This document shows positions 37,901 to 51,022 of a stretch of DNA of 64,000 nucleotides, in pieces; position 1 is the first letter of the stretch, and each line of letters begins with the position of its first letter. The stretch covers positions 159,463 through 223,462 of the forward strand of contig NMRA01000043.1 of assembly GCA_002633005.1 (NCBI GenBank). Direction: 5' to 3'. The notes below the pieces were generated by a model. It was given only the letters and a program-made list of their open reading frames with translations, had not been told where the DNA came from and did not search any database. Origin of the DNA: Phoronis australis. Lineage: Eukaryota; Animalia; Phoronida. A program made the position numbers and the translations under genes.

Positions 37901-38190
37901 AGTAAGTGTATTTATATGAAGATAACAACAGATGACGACTACTTTCAGGCGGATGCAACGGACGCTGTGCCCACTTAAGTGCCAATTTCATTTTATTCTA
38001 TTTCCCTTTGTTTCTCTGAAGTTCCTTGATACATTTTCATGAAATATGGCATGTTCCCGTTTTTGGATGGATTGTACGTTTTTACGCCATCTAGTGGCCA
38101 TTTTTATGATACAAATAAATAACCCTCAAAGCACACCATTTGCAATGCATTTGTGGGCGCATTTCAACATTCTGCATTGCTGTTGTTTTC
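34930..38190 (-). mobile_element. Reverse copy of the 2818-4090 CTCF-motif repeat, interrupted at 36303-37889
   Basis: Many gcgccacctagtgg / gtgccccctagtgg motifs; end matches the reverse complement of the 2818 start. Confidence 0.75.
36303..37889. mobile_element. Internally deleted Kolobok-like element with TTAA TSD and a THAP-domain remnant
   Basis: ttaa|aggagcatgcca ... tggcattctcct|ttaa; minus ORF 37508-37723 reads MPLCC...FF.LP.....KKWL...LRVC (THAP-like). Confidence 0.75.
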
Positions 38191-40273
38191 TGCTTTAAGT
38201 TCACGATTAAAATGGCCATTGGGATTACCACTATGTCTCTTTGTGACATTTTAGAGTAATTTTAGTCTGTTTTTGGGTAATTCTATTAAAGTACTTTTGC
38301 TATCCCTTGTGTAGTGACCACAGATTCACACACTACATGCTTTGTGGTGACACTTGATACCCGTATGAGCAATGTACCATGTTGTATTTTTTAACGATTT
38401 GTAAATTACATACAAGTTTTGTGATTTCCCTTTTTTTCGTAAAACAGCTCATCAAAAAATGACCTTTCAAACTGGTACAAGCAGTTTCTGTCGCCATTTT
38501 CCTTCCAGTTTCTGTATGTAAAATGCCTAGCAATTATCCGAGTGGATTTTCATGTGTTATACTACTAGGTGCTTAAAAGATTTGAAAGCCCAAGTCATCC
38601 TAAGTAACCAAGAGTAATTTAAAATAAGAATCTCTGAGGCCAGTTCTCTACAACATCTGAAAATACAGGAAAGTGTGAAAAACAAATTCAGACTGAAGTA
38701 TAAAATAGTCTGCTTTTTGGGGCACATTTTGTGTGTTGTCCTATGGAACATAGAGTCTGATGAACCGAAATACTGCCATGTATCTGTTTCTTAATTAGAA
38801 GTTAAATCATTTAAAAGGGCATCTAAAGTAACAGCCTTTGCCTTTTATGTATGTGTTACATTATAGTTATATTACATCTATATTATAGTTATATTACAGT
38901 TATATTGTAGTCAGTTGTATTATAGCTGATTTCATTGTAAGGTAATGGGGTACCCTTTTTACCGAGGATAAATCTGTTACCGGTAAATAACTTTTAAGTA
39001 TGAAAGTAGGCCCATGAAATTATATTTTTAAAATCCTAGACCAATTGGTTCCTGTGCTTCACACGGTCAGATCAAGAGGCTTTGAGGCTAACAATGTAGA
39101 TGTAACAAAAATGAAGGTTTAAACTCAAAAACAATAAAATGGACAAGTCGACCCCAGCAAGAATCTGGGACAACACAGCATTACAAACAGGAAACAAAAT
39201 GAAAGTATTGGAGAATACATATCCAGGCCGAAACGAATCCTGAGATCATCTCAGTCATTGGCCAGGATGTGACGTTTGTGACCTATATGGCTGGACACGC
39301 AGATTGAGAACTGGGTTCTGTATTGTTTGCATGAAAATAATGAACAGATTATAGTTTGAAATCATGTGTTTTTGGTTTTGTGTAAAAAAATGACTTTTCA
39401 TGGACGCGACGATGGTTTGGGGAGTTGTGGTCAGTATGAACCCTTAACTCCGGTCCTGGATTGCAGTTAACAGCTGCTGACCAGTTAACTTCGCAGTTAA
39501 CAGGTGGATTTAATTGCGCAGCATCGATGCTGCAGTGCAGTATGAACGCTTAACTTCGGTCAAATCGAAGTTATCGCCAGGTGCCACTGTTATCGTCAAC
39601 AGTTTCACGGTAGTGTTGTCACTAATAGCTGCTTATAATTTGCTCTAATAACTAATCGATTTAAAAATAAGTTTAATGTCATTTAGCACATGTAAAGGTT
39701 TTCACATTGTCTCATTAAAAAAATCTTAGCTTGCAGCGCTACCTTGCGATAACTTCGATGACATCGTCACCAACCGTTCACTTCGATGTTCATTAACTAC
39801 TGAAGCCAGTATGAACGGTCCAGTTAACTGCTCTGTTTACGTTGACACTCCATTCAGACCGGAGTTAAGTGAATATGAAAGGGCCTTTAAAGGCCTTTTA
39901 TGCTGAGAACGCGGCACCCTAAAATCAACACTTCACCAAATGATGGTGATGACAGTTGTTAGGCTGTGGGAATGGCGTCAAGTAAAATCCGAGTCTTTCT
40001 CTTGAAGGTATTAGAATATAGAACCAAAATTTGCAAGTTTCAGGTGAACAATCTTCAGTGTGTGGAAATTACAGCCATCTTTTTGAAAATCTAAATTTTT
40101 TAAAAAATGTAGTCACATCCACATTATTTGTTTTGCTCTTAAATGAGTTATGACCATCAAAGATTTTAAAAATACAGTTTTATGGGTCTACCATTAATAC
40201 TTAAAGTTAGTTGAAAAACTGATCCTTGATGACAAATGAATACTATTAATTTAATTTGGTTTAATTATTCTAG

Positions 40274-40500
40274 CTTTGAGGAAGAAATATCAGGAGATCC
40301 AAACAATGACATTGTCGATGTCAGCAAGTTCATCATTGGCTCCAACACATTCACTCAGGTGCAGGAACAGTTGCAGCTGTTACGAGGTCAGGTTGCTAAG
40401 CGACAGAAGCTGTCACACAAGGTGGCACCTCCACCACCTCCTCCCAGTGCAGGTGAACAAGTGGTTGCCCCTGGTAACGGCACATTTCCAGGTCTGCAAG
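40274..40500 (+). CDS. RBM42: RBM42 exon 2 (FEEEISGDPNNDIVDVSKFIIGSNTFTQVQEQL...GLQ)
   Basis: Resembles RBM42 FEQEV...IIATNTYQQVQQTL; ttattctag acceptor, AAG|GTAAGG donor; phase 2 in, phase 1 out. Confidence 0.9.
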
Positions 40501-40711
40501 GTAAGGCCAAAAACAGACAAAAATGTTTCAGGGCAGATTTGAATGTCATCTGTCTCTTTAATGTCTACACTGTGTTCCTTTTGTACTTGAAGATTTTTGG
40601 AATTGAACTGAAAAACTATCATTGCGAAAGGTCAGAGTTCTTTATGTATTCCAAAACCAAGTCGCCAAAAAAGACCACTTCAGCATACCCTGAAAGTTTT
40701 ATTTAATACTG

Positions 40712-42790
40712 TTCAGGATAATTGTGAAAATTGGCATGTATGTTTTAACTATGAAGTGGACGGCTGACGATGATTTTCTGACGACTTTGACTACTGGGGT
40801 GCCTCCTTGTGGCAGTTTTTTTTGCGCTCATGGCTGTGTCTCCTAAACTGTTTGCAGGATCTAATACTTAATTTAGCTAGTGTATTTATATGATGTTGAC
40901 TATGGACGACGACTACTTTCAGACAGATCTGACTACTTCTGTGCCCCCTAGTGGCAATTTTAGTTTTTTTTACATTTAACTCTGTATCTTCAAAGGTCCT
41001 CAACAGGTGCTCATAAAATTTCAAATATAGGCATCTATTGGTGTGATGACGCTATCTTCCTGTTTTGGGATGGAATCAAGGTATTTTGCACCACCTAGTG
41101 GCCATTTTTGCTGTTTTCAAATCTTGGTTTTGGCATCCACCCCTGTATCAACCAAATCATTTGAAAATTTGCATATATGTTCTTAGTGTGAAGACGACCT
41201 TTGATGATGGTGACTGACTGCTGTGGCGCCTCCTGGTGGTAGTTTTGTTTTGCGCCCATAGTTGTATCTCCTAAACCTACTGCAGGATCGTTACTAAATT
41301 TAGTAAGTGTATTTGTATGAAGATAAAAACAGACGACGACGACTTTCAGGCAGATCCAACAGTAACTGTGCCCACTAGTGGCAATTTCATTTTATTCTGT
41401 TTTCCTTTGTTTCTCTGAAGTTCCTTGACAGATATGTATGAAATATGGCATGTTCCTGTTGTATGTTTTTGCGCCATCTAGTGGCCATTTTTATGATACA
41501 TATAGATTATTACATGGCGAAGTCGTTATCCCCCGTTATCTAGAGCCCGAGTGGATTTTGGAGAATTATCACCCTCGGGCTAATGCCCCTCGGGCGATAA
41601 CTCTCCAAAATCCACTCGGGCTCTAGATAAGGGGGATAACGGCTGAGAACATGTAATAATCTATTTATGCCACATGCTAAACGAGAAACATTGCAATGAA
41701 TCGATTTACCTTTTCTGACTCTCCACGGCTTTGTAACTACTTTCTATGTCAGAGGCCCGGGGTCGGAGGTTGTGACCTTTTAAGAAAAGTCCAGCTATTT
41801 TTGTCAAATTATGCTTTTACTCAAAACCAATTGAAAACTTAAATATTATAGAAATAAATTGAATTGATAAATTAAGATTTACCATCTATTATAGCTTAAA
41901 ACACGTTTTTTTCACGCTAAGCTTCGACCGGGAAGTTATCATCTGCTAAAGTAGGTTACCGCTGGAAACTGAATATAATTCTCAAGTCAAAGATCCTGAC
42001 GACACGATACCCGCATTCAAACTGTAGATCGGTGATTTACGAGTAACAGGACATGAGAGAAAATTTTAACTGAATTAAGATATCATTTTTATGCGCCCTC
42101 ATATTTATATGTGAACACATTATGCCGTCATCTCCGTCCGTCCGGGCGGCGTCCGTCCGGTGTCCGGCGACCGCTGCTTTTTCTCCAAAACCCTTTGACA
42201 TACGTTCATGAAATTTAGCACATATGTTCCATTCATGAATGGGACGGCATATGCGAACTTTCGGACGGATCCGACTACCGGTGTGCCCCCTAGTGGCAAT
42301 TTTAGTTTTTTACGCTTACCTTTGTATCTTCAAAAGTCCTGAACGGATTTTCATGAAATTTGGTATGTAGGCACCTATTAGTGAGATGACGCTATCCTCT
42401 TGTTTTCAGATGGATTCGACATAGTTTGCGCCACCTAGTGGCCATTTTTAGTGTTTTTGAGTTTTTGTGCGTCCACCCCTCTATCAACCAAACCGCTCAA
42501 AGTATGATTGTGAAAATTGGTATGTATATGCTTACTATGTAGAGGACGGTTGACGATGATTTTCCAATGATTTTGACTACTATGGCGCTTCCTAGTGGCA
42601 GTTTTCTTTTTTTTTTTTGCGCCTATGGCTATATCTCCCAAACCGTTTGCAGGATCTTTACTAAATTTAGCAAGTGTATTTATGTGATGTTGACAACAGA
42701 TGATGACGACTTTGGGATGATTCTGACTACCGGTATGCCTCTAGTGGCAATTTTAGTATTTTACATTGACCTCTGTATTTTCATAGGTCT
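40712..42790 (-). mobile_element. Further reverse copies of the CTCF-motif repeat, with a palindromic insertion
   Basis: Reverse-complement matches to 2950-4085. Confidence 0.7.
41501..41665. repeat. ~165-bp near-perfect palindrome (probably a transposon end or MITE)
   Basis: atagattattacatg..ttatctagagcccgagtggattttggaga pairs with tctccaaaatccactcgggctctagataa..catgtaataatctat. Confidence 0.85.
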
Positions 42791-42920
42791 TCAGGTGTAT
42801 ACTTTGTGTTACTTCGTGACTATGAAGGAAAAGTTCCAAGTAGAAATTTGTTTCTGGCATTCTAATGCTGTGCTAATCTCGTATGTTGGTAAATTTGTTT
42901 TTGTTTCTGTGGTGCTTTAA

Positions 42921-44338
42921 CCCTTTCGAAACGAACCCGGCCAAACCCGGCCGCTGCCGTATGCAACCAACTCGGCTCAAACCGGCCGACCTTACTTTCA
43001 TAAATACAGTTCCAGTCCATTCACGCATATTCTCGAGTCTGAACATTATTTCCGTCGTAAACATCTGTCTGTTCGTCCTACCACGTTTCACGATGTCTAA
43101 CAATTGAATCTGAAGTTTTTTGAAGTAATTTTCTGGTAATTTTTTAACTTGTTTCTGAAAATTTAAATGTCTCGTGGCTTCCAGTGAAAACAACGCCTAT
43201 AGCAGTGACAGTGACGCTAGTTGCGGTCGTTTTACGAATGTACAAGTAGCCGAATTTCTTCAAATTTGTGAAGGACTTGTTGTCAAAAATAAATCTGAAG
43301 CTAATATCTACGATGTTTCGTCGACTGGGGATAAGGGCGATGATGAAATCGCCGATGTTGCCGGTCCGGTATTAGCAGCACTTGGTGCGGATTGGTCACG
43401 GGACTTGTGCAATAATAATTTAATGGGTTTTACTGAAATAACCGGTGTTAATCATGACTTATAACCTTCAGCCAAACCTGTTCACTGTTTCAAACTGCTT
43501 TGCCAGATAGAATTTTTGAAATGGTGTCTCAGGGAACGAATCTTTTTGGCCAGCAGAATTTTGCAACATCACTGGAAACAAAATGGCAGCCAACATGCCC
43601 TGATGAAATAAAGTTTTTTTTCTTTATTGGGATCATGATGGGTATGAAGTAGTTGCCAATAATAAAAGTAACATTTTCTAAGACAGTAAAAGTTTATTTC
43701 ATGCATTACATACAATTCGAAATGTCGTGAATTCGGAATATGACTTACCTGTACTTACCTATACCCACTTGTTTGTTGTGGCTCATTACCTTCAGGTAAT
43801 GGTTAAATGGTAACCTGTGACTGTTGTTTAACATTTTGCTGAGTATGTTTTTGGTCTTAACTGTTATTGCAAGCCAAATTATCCTAAGATTTTGGGCTTG
43901 TACATTGTGTTCATCTTTCTGCCTGTTGACTTGGTTGTTACTTGCTTGTTGTTATCTAACATATTGTCTTGGTAATGCGGTGAATACTTACCCAACTTCT
44001 TAGAATGAATTGAAGAACATTGTGAATAAATTATTTTATTGTCTAAGCAATAAAAACAGTAATATTTTGGATGGAAATGGCGTAATTTAATTGACAAGCA
44101 CATTATTTGCTACCTTTACCTCCATTTACCTGATAATTTGATGAGTTTTGCTCATAAAGTCAACAGCTACATGAACACCATCATATGTCAGATATATGTT
44201 CCAAAAATCAAGTTAATATCTTGCCAAATAGTAAAGTTATGGTCATTTTTGTACATGCACTCAAAATAAGTGGAATTTCTCAATTAAATGTGGTCTTCAC
44301 CATATGGTGATTTTGCTGTAAATAGAAACACGATAGGG
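42921..44338 (+). mobile_element. piggyBac-like element with a decayed transposase N-terminus
   Basis: ttaa|ccctttcg ... cgataggg|ttaa; acidic N-terminal ORF 43174-43464, then disrupted PGBD-like segments (TN.F, KWQPTCPDEIK, IGIMMGM). Confidence 0.75.
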
Positions 44339-44682
44339 TTAAGCAACTGGTGTATAGGATGTGCTTGTATTATGAAGATCATTCACATTTTGCCCCTAGC
44401 CTATTGAGGAGACAATGACCATGCCTTTCCATTTTGCAAAGTACAACATACTACATATTATATGTCCTCTACTGGCCACTTTACGGTACCAATAAACAAC
44501 CCTAGAAGGATACCGTATACAGTGCAATTGTGGGCGCATTTCAACGCTCTGCGTTGCTCTTGTTATGGAAATTATGCGTCTTATTTTTCGTAACATACAA
44601 GTACAGTACAATGCGATTTGTTGAACGTGCGATTATTGCGCGTGCTCCTTTAAGTATTCTACTTTCACTCTTGATGACGTCA

Positions 44683-44756
44683 GCCGCTGCATGGTGTAGT
44701 GGTAAAGTCGGCGATCAGCAATTTCAGGGTCCCGGGTTTGACTCTGTCCTCGGTTT
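44683..44756 (+). mobile_element. tRNA-derived SINE head
   Basis: A box TGGTGTAGTGG and B-box-like GGTTTGACTC; stems too degenerate for a tRNA gene. Confidence 0.55.
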
Positions 44757-45138
44757 CCCGCCAAATCGTTATCTCACTAGTGAGATAACTTTATGGGTTA
44801 TTACACGGTTGTATCTGCCATTTGACGCTAATATTGTGGTATTGAAATAAATAACCCTAAAAGCTCACCATTTGTAATGCATTCGTGGGCACATTTTAAT
44901 GCTCCGCGTTGCTCTTGTTGGCAATTTTTTTTGTCCAAAATTGGGGAGCTTTTAGCGTTATTTGAAGACTTTAACTCATTGCTTTCTTTGCTGCTTGGAT
45001 GTTCATTTAATTAAGTGGAAAAGATGACGCATTTCCTAGCATAGACGCTTGAATGTACAATTTTAAATTTTGATATTTGTGAAACAGTCTAGTTTTGTAA
45101 TCACACTGCTTCACATGTATTTCTCTTGTTCTTCACAG

Positions 45139-45762
45139 CTGCTGCATCAGCACCTCCGCCACCACCACCAACAGGTCCTCCACCGGGACCCCCTCCCAGT
45201 TTCCTGCCACCACAGCTGAGGCACCGAGGCCCGCCACCTCCTGGTGCAAGATTTGGCCCTCCTGTCCCTGGTCCCATGGGCATGCCACCACGTCCGCCAC
45301 CCATGCGCGGCCCTCCCCCTGGCATGGCTCCACCGCCGATGATGCGGCCACCTGGCCCCATGGGACCCAGGCCTATGTATCATCAGTCTCCACAGTTTTA
45401 TGTGCAGCCAACTTCACAAGAAATGCCTCAGGAAAGCAAGCCATCAGGTGTCATTGAAAAACCGAAGGTTGTGTACTCAGCAGCACCTGTGAAAAATACA
45501 GCCAAGCCAGAAGAGAAGGGGAACAAACCATCTCAGCCAGTGGCTGGCTTGCAGCCAACAGTCATCGAGCAGGCATCGCCTATGGTGACAGCTCCGCCTA
45601 CTGTAAACTTTCCAACTGTGACCGTGAATCATGCCCAGCCAGAACAGCCAATGACATCGACAAACACCACAAAAAAGGAAAAGAAGGAAAAGAAGAAGAA
45701 ATTTGTTCGTTGTGCAGCAGGACAGGTGTGGGAGGATAACAGCTTGGCTGACTGGGACCCAG
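45139..45762 (+). CDS. RBM42: RBM42 exon 3 (Pro-rich region to KKKFVRCAAGQVWEDNSLADWDP)
   Basis: Matches RBM42 R.AAG..WED.SL.EWD; cttcacag acceptor, CAG|GTAATG donor. Confidence 0.96.
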
Positions 45763-46345
45763 GTAATGTATTGTGGCCTGTCGTGATCACACCTTGGGGG
45801 TATTGTAAGGGAGGGCAATAGTTGCTCTACTAGGATCTAGTAATGTGTTGTGGCGTATGGTGATCACATCTTGGGGATGCGAGGGAGGACAATAGTTGGC
45901 TTACTGGGACCCAGGTAATGTGTTGTGGCCTATGGTGATCACACCTTTGGGGGTGTTGTGAGGGAGGGGCAATAGTTGGACTTAGTAGGATCCAGGTAAT
46001 GTGTTGTGGCCTATGGTGATCACACCTTTGGGGGTGCTCTGAGGGAGGGGCAATAGTTGGACTTAGTAGGATCCAGGTAATGTGTTGTGGCCTGTCGTGA
46101 TCACGCCTTGGGGTTGTAAGGGAGGACAATACTTGGTCTTACTGGCACCTAAGTAATTTGTTGTGGCCTATGGTGATCACATCTTGGGGGTATTGTGAGG
46201 GAGGGCAATAGTTGGCTTACTGGGACCAAGGTAATGGGTTGTGACCTGTCGTGATCACACTTAGGAGTGTTGTGAGGGAGGGCAATAATTGGTCTCACTG
46301 GAATTCAGGTAATGTGTTGTGACCTGTGGTAATCACACCTTGGGG
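45730..46345 (+). repeat. 75-81-bp tandem repeat x8 containing the exon 3 end and its 5' splice site
   Basis: GTAAT donors at 45763, 45840, 45915, 45996, 46077, 46153, 46231 and 46309. Confidence 0.9.
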
Positions 46346-46759
46346 AAGTGGTGTTTGCACATAAAACTGTTCCGTGGAACATGATTTGACTGACATGTTG
46401 TCAAATTGAGCTACCTTTTTGTCAAAGTTGCTTCATCTGAGTTTGGCGATTTAGTCAGATAAAGTTCGTGTTGAAACAAATTTTCTATATTTTACACTTC
46501 GAAATGAATCATGGTCTTTAATCTGTATACAAAAAATACCCACTTGCATGTCTACATTCTTTAACAATAATTGCTGAAAGTATAAGTGAAGCGCCAGAAA
46601 AATCTGATGCAAAATTATGCGAGATGCATAGTGGGGAGCTTGTGCTCATGAGTCTAGAAGTACGACTGCACCATCAAGGGGTCACTCACATAGCCCATCT
46701 CTCGATACACATCAAATATAATTTGCCATACTATTCCATTCAAGACATTTACATTAATT

Positions 46760-47345
46760 TGGTCTAGGAATAGGCTTAGGTGAGGATTTGCTTTAGGATT
46801 GGTGTACGTTTGAGTTAAGTCTATGGTTAGAGTGAGGTCTTAGGCTAGGATTAGGATTAAACTAAATCTAGGATAAAAGATTGGTTTACATCCTTGGTTA
46901 GGGTTAGGTTTATAATTAGCATTAAGGTTAAGTTTGGTGTTATGTCAAGGGTTAGGTGCAGGGTTAGGGTTTGATCTAGGATTACGTTAAGGTTAGGTTA
47001 AGTTTAGCTGTACAATTAAGGTTTAAGTCTTGGGTTGGGGTTTTGAAATAGGGTTACGTCTACAGTTAGTTTAGGTCTAGGGTTAGGTAAAGGGTTAGAG
47101 TTTTTGTTAGGTTTGGCTTCAGGGTTAGGTTTAAGGTTAGAGTCAAGGGTTGTGTCAATGGTCAGGGTTAGGCTTAAGGTTAGAGTCAAGGGTTGTGTCA
47201 ATGGTCAGGGTTAGGCTTAAGGTTAGAGTCAAGGGTTGTGTCAATGGTCAGGGTTAGGGCTAATAGTAGAATTAGGGTTAGGGTTAGGGTTTGAGTTAAT
47301 GATAGATTCAGGCTAAAGTGTAGGGTTATGGTTAGGTCTAAGGCT
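46760..47345 (+). repeat. Degenerate GGTTAG/TTAGGG-like low-complexity tract
   Basis: Many imperfect ggttag units; few perfect TTAGGG runs. Confidence 0.8.
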
Positions 47346-47411
47346 AACACATTCTCTCACAGCTATTACTGCCTTAAATCAATAAATTAAATACTCATTT
47401 AATAGCAATCG

Positions 47412-47814
47412 GGGCCCGGTCTCTAATCTTTGTACTCGAAACGAACTCGAAACTATGTTTGGCAATTTCTCTGCTCCTTTTGTGCGAACTTAAGATAATT
47501 GGTTATCAGACTGTGCTCTAATTCATTATAGTTTATGCATAGGAGTTTCTAGTTCAAGTTTGCCCTTGAAGACCCTTATATTCGTGCTACAAACTCGAGT
47601 AAAAACTCGAAATGTCGAGTTCAAACTCGAACTTATTGCTTTAATATTGGGTTTACAAACTGTGAACTAAGGGCAATAAATTATCTACGTAAGTTATTGT
47701 GTACTCGAGCATATAATAATAGACACTTATCTTGAGTTCGCCCAAAAGTAGAGTAGAAAATGCCAAACCTAATTTCGAGTTCCATTTCGAGTAAAAAGAT
47801 TGGAGACCGGGCCC
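47412..47814. mobile_element. PIF/Harbinger-like MITE, TIR GGGCCCGGTCTCYAATCTTT
   Basis: gggcccggtctctaatcttt ... aaagattggagaccgggccc. Confidence 0.8.
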
Positions 47815-48255
47815 TGGTTACTTTCAGCTGGCAGTTATGCCTACAATAAGTCACCAATGAAACTGTATCTGGTTTCCTAACCACTGATCACCTTCTTTCT
47901 GTTGAGGACATCACATGACTGAAAACATAAAAAACACAGAATTCCTTTGATATTTGATATTTCTGTAGCGTTTTGAAAAATAAATTCTTGATTAGTGCTT
48001 TCTTCTGGACTTAGTTATTGCCCAATGAGCCCAAATTTTAAGTCGTAGGCAATGCATACAAGCATCATTTTCAAATCTGCAATTCTATGGTTGGCCAACA
48101 CGAAATAAACTGAAGCTTTTTCTTGATTCACTAATGGCATCATAGATATAATGGCCTCTATGTTGTTGGTTATGGAAATAGAATCCTATATGTAAGGAAT
48201 ATTATGAGATCAATTTTATGAACATAAAAGGCCTAATTCAGTTTTCATTTTAGCC

Positions 48256-48505
48256 AGCTAAACAGGGTGAATTGCAGTGTAGAGCTAAACAGGGTGAAGT
48301 GCATTGTAAAGCTAAACAGGTTGAAGTGCAGTGTAAAGCTAAACAGGGTGAAGTGCTGTGTAGAGCTAAACAGGGTGAAGTGCAGTGTAAAGCTAAACAG
48401 GGTGAAGTGCAGTGTAAAGCTAAACAGGGTCATGTGCAGTGTAAAGCTAAACAGAGTCAAGTGCAGTGTAAAGCTAAACAGAGTGAAGTGCAGTGTAAAG
48501 CTAAA
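48256..48505. repeat. 27-bp minisatellite x~9
   Basis: agctaaacagggtgaagtgcagtgtaa units. Confidence 0.9.
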
Positions 48506-48778
48506 AATGCGCCATTACCTGAACTGCTGATTGAAATTGTTATAACTCTGTGTCTTCCTTCTCCAAAAAAACACTTGATTTTAGCCACTTAACGATGGGA
48601 TTTCTGTCAGAAACAGTATGATATCATTGTAATTAGGCTGGTTCTGAGGCCAAACACTAAATGGAGATATTAGTATTGGCCAACAAGAGCATACATTTTC
48701 TGAAACGTTGGGTTCAGTTTCATTAGGTGTGTGCTCAATGTTTACTACATCGTAATGGTACTTTTTGTGATGTTGCAG

Positions 48779-48973
48779 ATGATTTTCGGATATTCTGTGG
48801 TGACCTTGGCAACGAAGTAACTGACGAATCGCTGGCCAGAGCTTTCAACAGGTACCCAAGCTTTCAGAGGGCTAAAGTGATTCGCGATAAGAAAACGAAC
48901 AAGACGCGAGGCTACGGCTTTGTCAGCTTCAAGGATCCCAATGATTTTGTAAAGGCCATGCGGGAAATGAATG
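48779..48973 (+). CDS. RBM42: RBM42 exon 4, RRM (DDFRIFCGDLGNEV...RGYGFVSFKDPNDFVKAMREMNG)
   Basis: Highly similar to the RBM42 RRM (RNP2 IFCGDL, RNP1 RGYGFVSF); tgttgcag acceptor, GTGAGC donor. Final exon (GKYVGSRPIKLRKS...) not found in window. Confidence 0.98.
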
Positions 48974-50952
48974 GTGAGCCTTTCTAGGTTATAGCCATGT
49001 TACATTTCTTCTTGAATGTGCCTACTAAGTTTCAGTACCATATAGTCAGTATCCTGTTCGGTCATTGTCTGCCCGTGGCCTTTACCTTTCTTGTCAAGAA
49101 CTGCTCGACAGATGATGTGAAATTTGGCCCAGAATTATGTGTCCAAGATGTGCTGGGATGAGTTGATTTACTAACACATACCAACTTGGCAGTTTTAGAT
49201 TTTGAAGAGAAATTGCTTAACAAATTTGGCTGAAACTTGACTCAGAATGTGCCGGCACCAGTTGATTTTCAGATCGGTTCAACTACTATGGCAGCCCCTG
49301 TTGGCCATAATAATTTTCAACAAGGAGTTCCATGTTGAAACTTGACACAGAGGTATTTGGTGGGAATGCACCAACCCCAGTCTTCAGATGGAGTCTGCTA
49401 CCCTAGCACCCTCGTTTTCGACTGGAAATGCCTTGTCCATCTGTTTTCGGCAAAAACAACTCAATGAATTTTGTTGAAACTTGACACCAAAGTTTGTAAT
49501 GGGAATGTGCTGGCACCAATCGCTTGTTTGGAAGGAGTCAGGAACCCTCTCAATTTTAGTTTTCAACAAGATTTTCTTTGTCTGCCAATTATTGTCACAA
49601 CAACTTGAAAAATTTTTATGAAACCGTACACAAGGGTTCATGGCTAAGATTCACTGACATTAGGTGATTTTCCGACTTCTGTGTAATCCATGTTATTAGC
49701 TATTATAGTTTTCAACAAGTTTTATCTTGTAAGTTTTGAGGGGATGTTATCGTTTTTTTGGCCAAAAATGTAATTTTGTGATTATTGCTGAATGAGATTG
49801 ACTTGTTGAAGTGATTGGCGTTGACCAGAGCTTTGAAACAACAAAATACATTGTTTTTGTGGTTTTATTACAAGTCGCCAATTCTGACTGTCAGACATTC
49901 ACTACAATCAAGAATGGTATGTTTAGCATTTAAATACACATAATAAATTATTCGGTTACTTCAGGCTTGGAATTTGGGTCAGTTGTAGAGCATTCATCTG
50001 CTATTGCAGAGCAGGTAGGTTCAATTGTGCAGTAGTGCTGATATCTGCAATATTCCTTTTTTGCCCAGATAGTGCTTCTACATTGATTTGCCAAAACCAC
50101 TTCACTGACTTTTGATAGACCTTGACAGAGAGGTGTATTACTAACGTTTTTTAACACCAGTGGATCTTCAGCTTTGATATCAGTTACCTAATTCACTGAA
50201 TTATATCGCTCTAGCTGATACCCAGGCAAAGGTAGTGGAACTACCCAATAACGCCAAAACGGTTCCCTGGGAAACCCCAAGTTTAGAGCGACGTCAGAGT
50301 CACTCGCAAACACCCCTTGTTTGGTGACCTATTAGCCAGGATGTGACGTGTGACCTTTGACCTACATGCCAGGGGCCTGTTTCACAAAATTGGCCAAAAG
50401 AGGCTGGGAACATTAAAGCTCATCAAAAATATCTTTTAAGCAGTACCTGACAAAAGTGTCGTCTTGCAACGTTTTGTTACAAAGTTATTACCTTTTCCCT
50501 GTGAGGAATTTCCAGAAAAAGTCGCAAAATCCACAATTTTTGAAATGCACGCGAAGGAAAAACTCTGTAGTAACCACAGAGTTTCTAATCTCCCTTCACT
50601 TATGAGAAATGAGTGCATGCGCTCCCAGTCATTAAATAAACAGCTGACTAACAAGGTTATCATGTGGGATCGCACTCCAAATTTGAGGTCAAGACTACTG
50701 CATTAGAAAAGCCAGTGAAGCAAGTGATTTTCCAAAAAGAATTCTAAGTGCATTTTAGAATGTATTTGTATACTACAATGCCTTTATAACCAACTTTACA
50801 ATTGCAGGCCATCTGATACACATTGTACCAGACGTGCGCAGGCCTCTGTTGTGAGCCCATTGCACTGATCCCCTGGAACTATTTTTATGCTTTATTAATA
50901 TATGGTTAAAATTGAGCTGAGGAGCTAGAAAACTGGCTCAAGGGTTTAGCAG

Positions 50953-51022
50953 TGTGACCTGGTGGGACTTGAACCCACGACCTCGAGTAAAGAAAGCGGA
51001 CACTTATCAACCAGGCCACACT
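50953..51022 (-). mobile_element. tRNA-derived SINE head
   Basis: Minus strand reads gtggcctggttgataag...gggttcaagtccc (A and B boxes). Confidence 0.5.

Noticed and set aside
44683-44756. tRNA gene (also ~22700-22780 and 50953-51022)
   Set aside because: A/B-box-like motifs are present but stems do not form a cloverleaf; better explained as SINE heads.
45101-45818. Minus-strand Gly-rich ORFs
   Set aside because: Antisense shadows of the Pro-rich RBM42 exon 3.
46760-47345. Interstitial telomere or chromosome fusion site
   Set aside because: Highly degenerate, single orientation, no head-to-head junction; such tracts are common inside invertebrate repeats.
48245-48592. Cys/Lys repeat ORFs (KQGEVQCKA)n
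   Set aside because: 27-bp minisatellite open in several frames on both strands; no splice or start support.
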